64,000 nucleotides of DNA, taken from Heterodontus francisci. Its lineage: Eukaryota. The notes under the pieces were generated by a model. The model did no database searches and was not told the DNA's origin. It saw only the letters and a program-made list of their open reading frames with translations. Every line of letters begins with the position of its first letter. Positions within the stretch are counted from its first letter, which is position 1. The position numbers were made by a program, and so were the translations under genes. Location: contig NC_090396.1 of the NCBI RefSeq assembly GCF_036365525.1, positions 2,976,001 through 3,040,000 on the forward strand, in the 5' to 3' direction. Positions 63,201 to 64,000 of the stretch are shown here, one piece after another.

Positions 63201-64000
63201 GTGTTTCCCCTTTGTTATCAGGCTGCCACCCCTACCCCATTTACTGAACTGTCTGATATTATTCGTTTACTATCACAAGCTTCCCGCTCGGAACAGGATG
63301 CATGGCGGCGCGCTCAATGCGCCCAACGTTCCGATGGTCTCTGGTGTTCCCCGGAGGGGCGTGCTGTGGCCCCTGTTTCACTCCTGCCCTGGCTTGCCCG
63401 CATTTTACATGCGTTTACCCATGCGGGCAAAGGGGGGATGATCAGGATGGCGCAGCAGACCTGGTTTGCACCGTGACTTTCCACCATGGCAGAACGGGTG
63501 GCCGCTCAGCGCCTGCTCTGCCAACGCCATAATCCTGGAAAGGTGCCTCCAGTGACTGCAGCAGCGGGCCCACAGCTATGGGGCCGTTTTGTGTATTTGC
63601 AAATGGACTTTATACAAATGCCTAAATGTATGGGATACAACTATGTGCTTGTTGTGTGTTTGTTTTCATGATGGTTAGAAGCATACCCGACCAGAAGAAA
63701 TGATGCTGTTACTGTAGCTAAGTTGCTGTTACGTGAATATGTGCCTTGGTTTGGAATTCCTGAAATCATGCCTAGTGACAATGGTCCCCATTTCACGGGG
63801 AAGGTGGTACGGGAATTATTGAAGGCATTACAGTGTACACACCACCTCTCCTGCCCTTACCATCCTCAGTCTACGGGGGCAGTGGAGAGACAGAATGGGA
63901 TACTGAAGAACAAGCTAGCTAAGCTGTGTGAAGAAACAGGTCTGAAGTGGCCTGAGGCTCCACCTTTGGCCCTCATGACCATGCGCTCTCATCCCAACCG
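60294..64000 (+). pseudogene. pol: ERV Pol: protease, 2H phosphoesterase, RT, RNase H, integrase (compensating frameshifts ~60495 and ~60720; stops at 63474 and 63669)
   Basis: FLIDTGATYS, NLLGRDLL, VVDLCGAFFSIP, LPQGYNESP, QYVDDLLL, FVDGSS, SAQAAELFAL, QMDFIQM, SDNGPHF, YHPQSTGAVERQNG. Confidence 0.94.
60729..61250 (+). other. CNPase-like 2H phosphoesterase domain embedded in Pol
   Basis: Two HxT motifs, LHCTARY (His 60867) and THVTLYV (His 61056), 63 residues apart, with CNPase-like context. Confidence 0.8.

Larger units (their letters stand above)
57830..64000 (+). mobile_element. Endogenous retrovirus, class I (gamma/epsilon-like), defective, runs off the window end
   Basis: LTR, tRNA-Gln PBS, splice donor, gag, in-frame amber gag-pol junction, PR, RT (YVDD), RNase H, integrase. 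Confidence 0.95.

Noticed and set aside
143-63532. Antisense and alternate-frame ORFs overlapping LINE, Penelope and ERV coding regions
   Set aside because: Shadow ORFs of transposon genes with no independent motifs.

Overview
Repeat-dense vertebrate genomic DNA, almost certainly from a cartilaginous fish (shark/ray), judged from HE1-type V-SINEs, CR1/HER1-like LINEs and a GPR139-like receptor. The only host gene I can support is an intact two-exon class A GPCR (GPR139-like, minus strand, exons 38654-38588 and 32990-32080, 325 aa). The rest is nested mobile DNA and satellites: many CR1 LINEs, a Tx1/L1 element with an 11-bp TSD, an L2 remnant, a decayed Gmr1-like Gypsy split by a solo LTR, several tandem-repeat arrays and an old ~2.6-kb segmental duplication. 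There is also a young 5007-bp tandem duplication carrying a Neptune-type Penelope element with minimal hammerhead ribozyme motifs in its terminal repeats. From 57830 to the window end lies a class I (gamma/epsilon-like) endogenous retrovirus. Its Pol carries an extra CNPase-like 2H phosphodiesterase domain (HCT...HVT) between protease and RT, and its leader holds eight repeated hairpins; this is the most interesting system here. Boundaries of decayed elements are approximate and read by eye; no database search was run.
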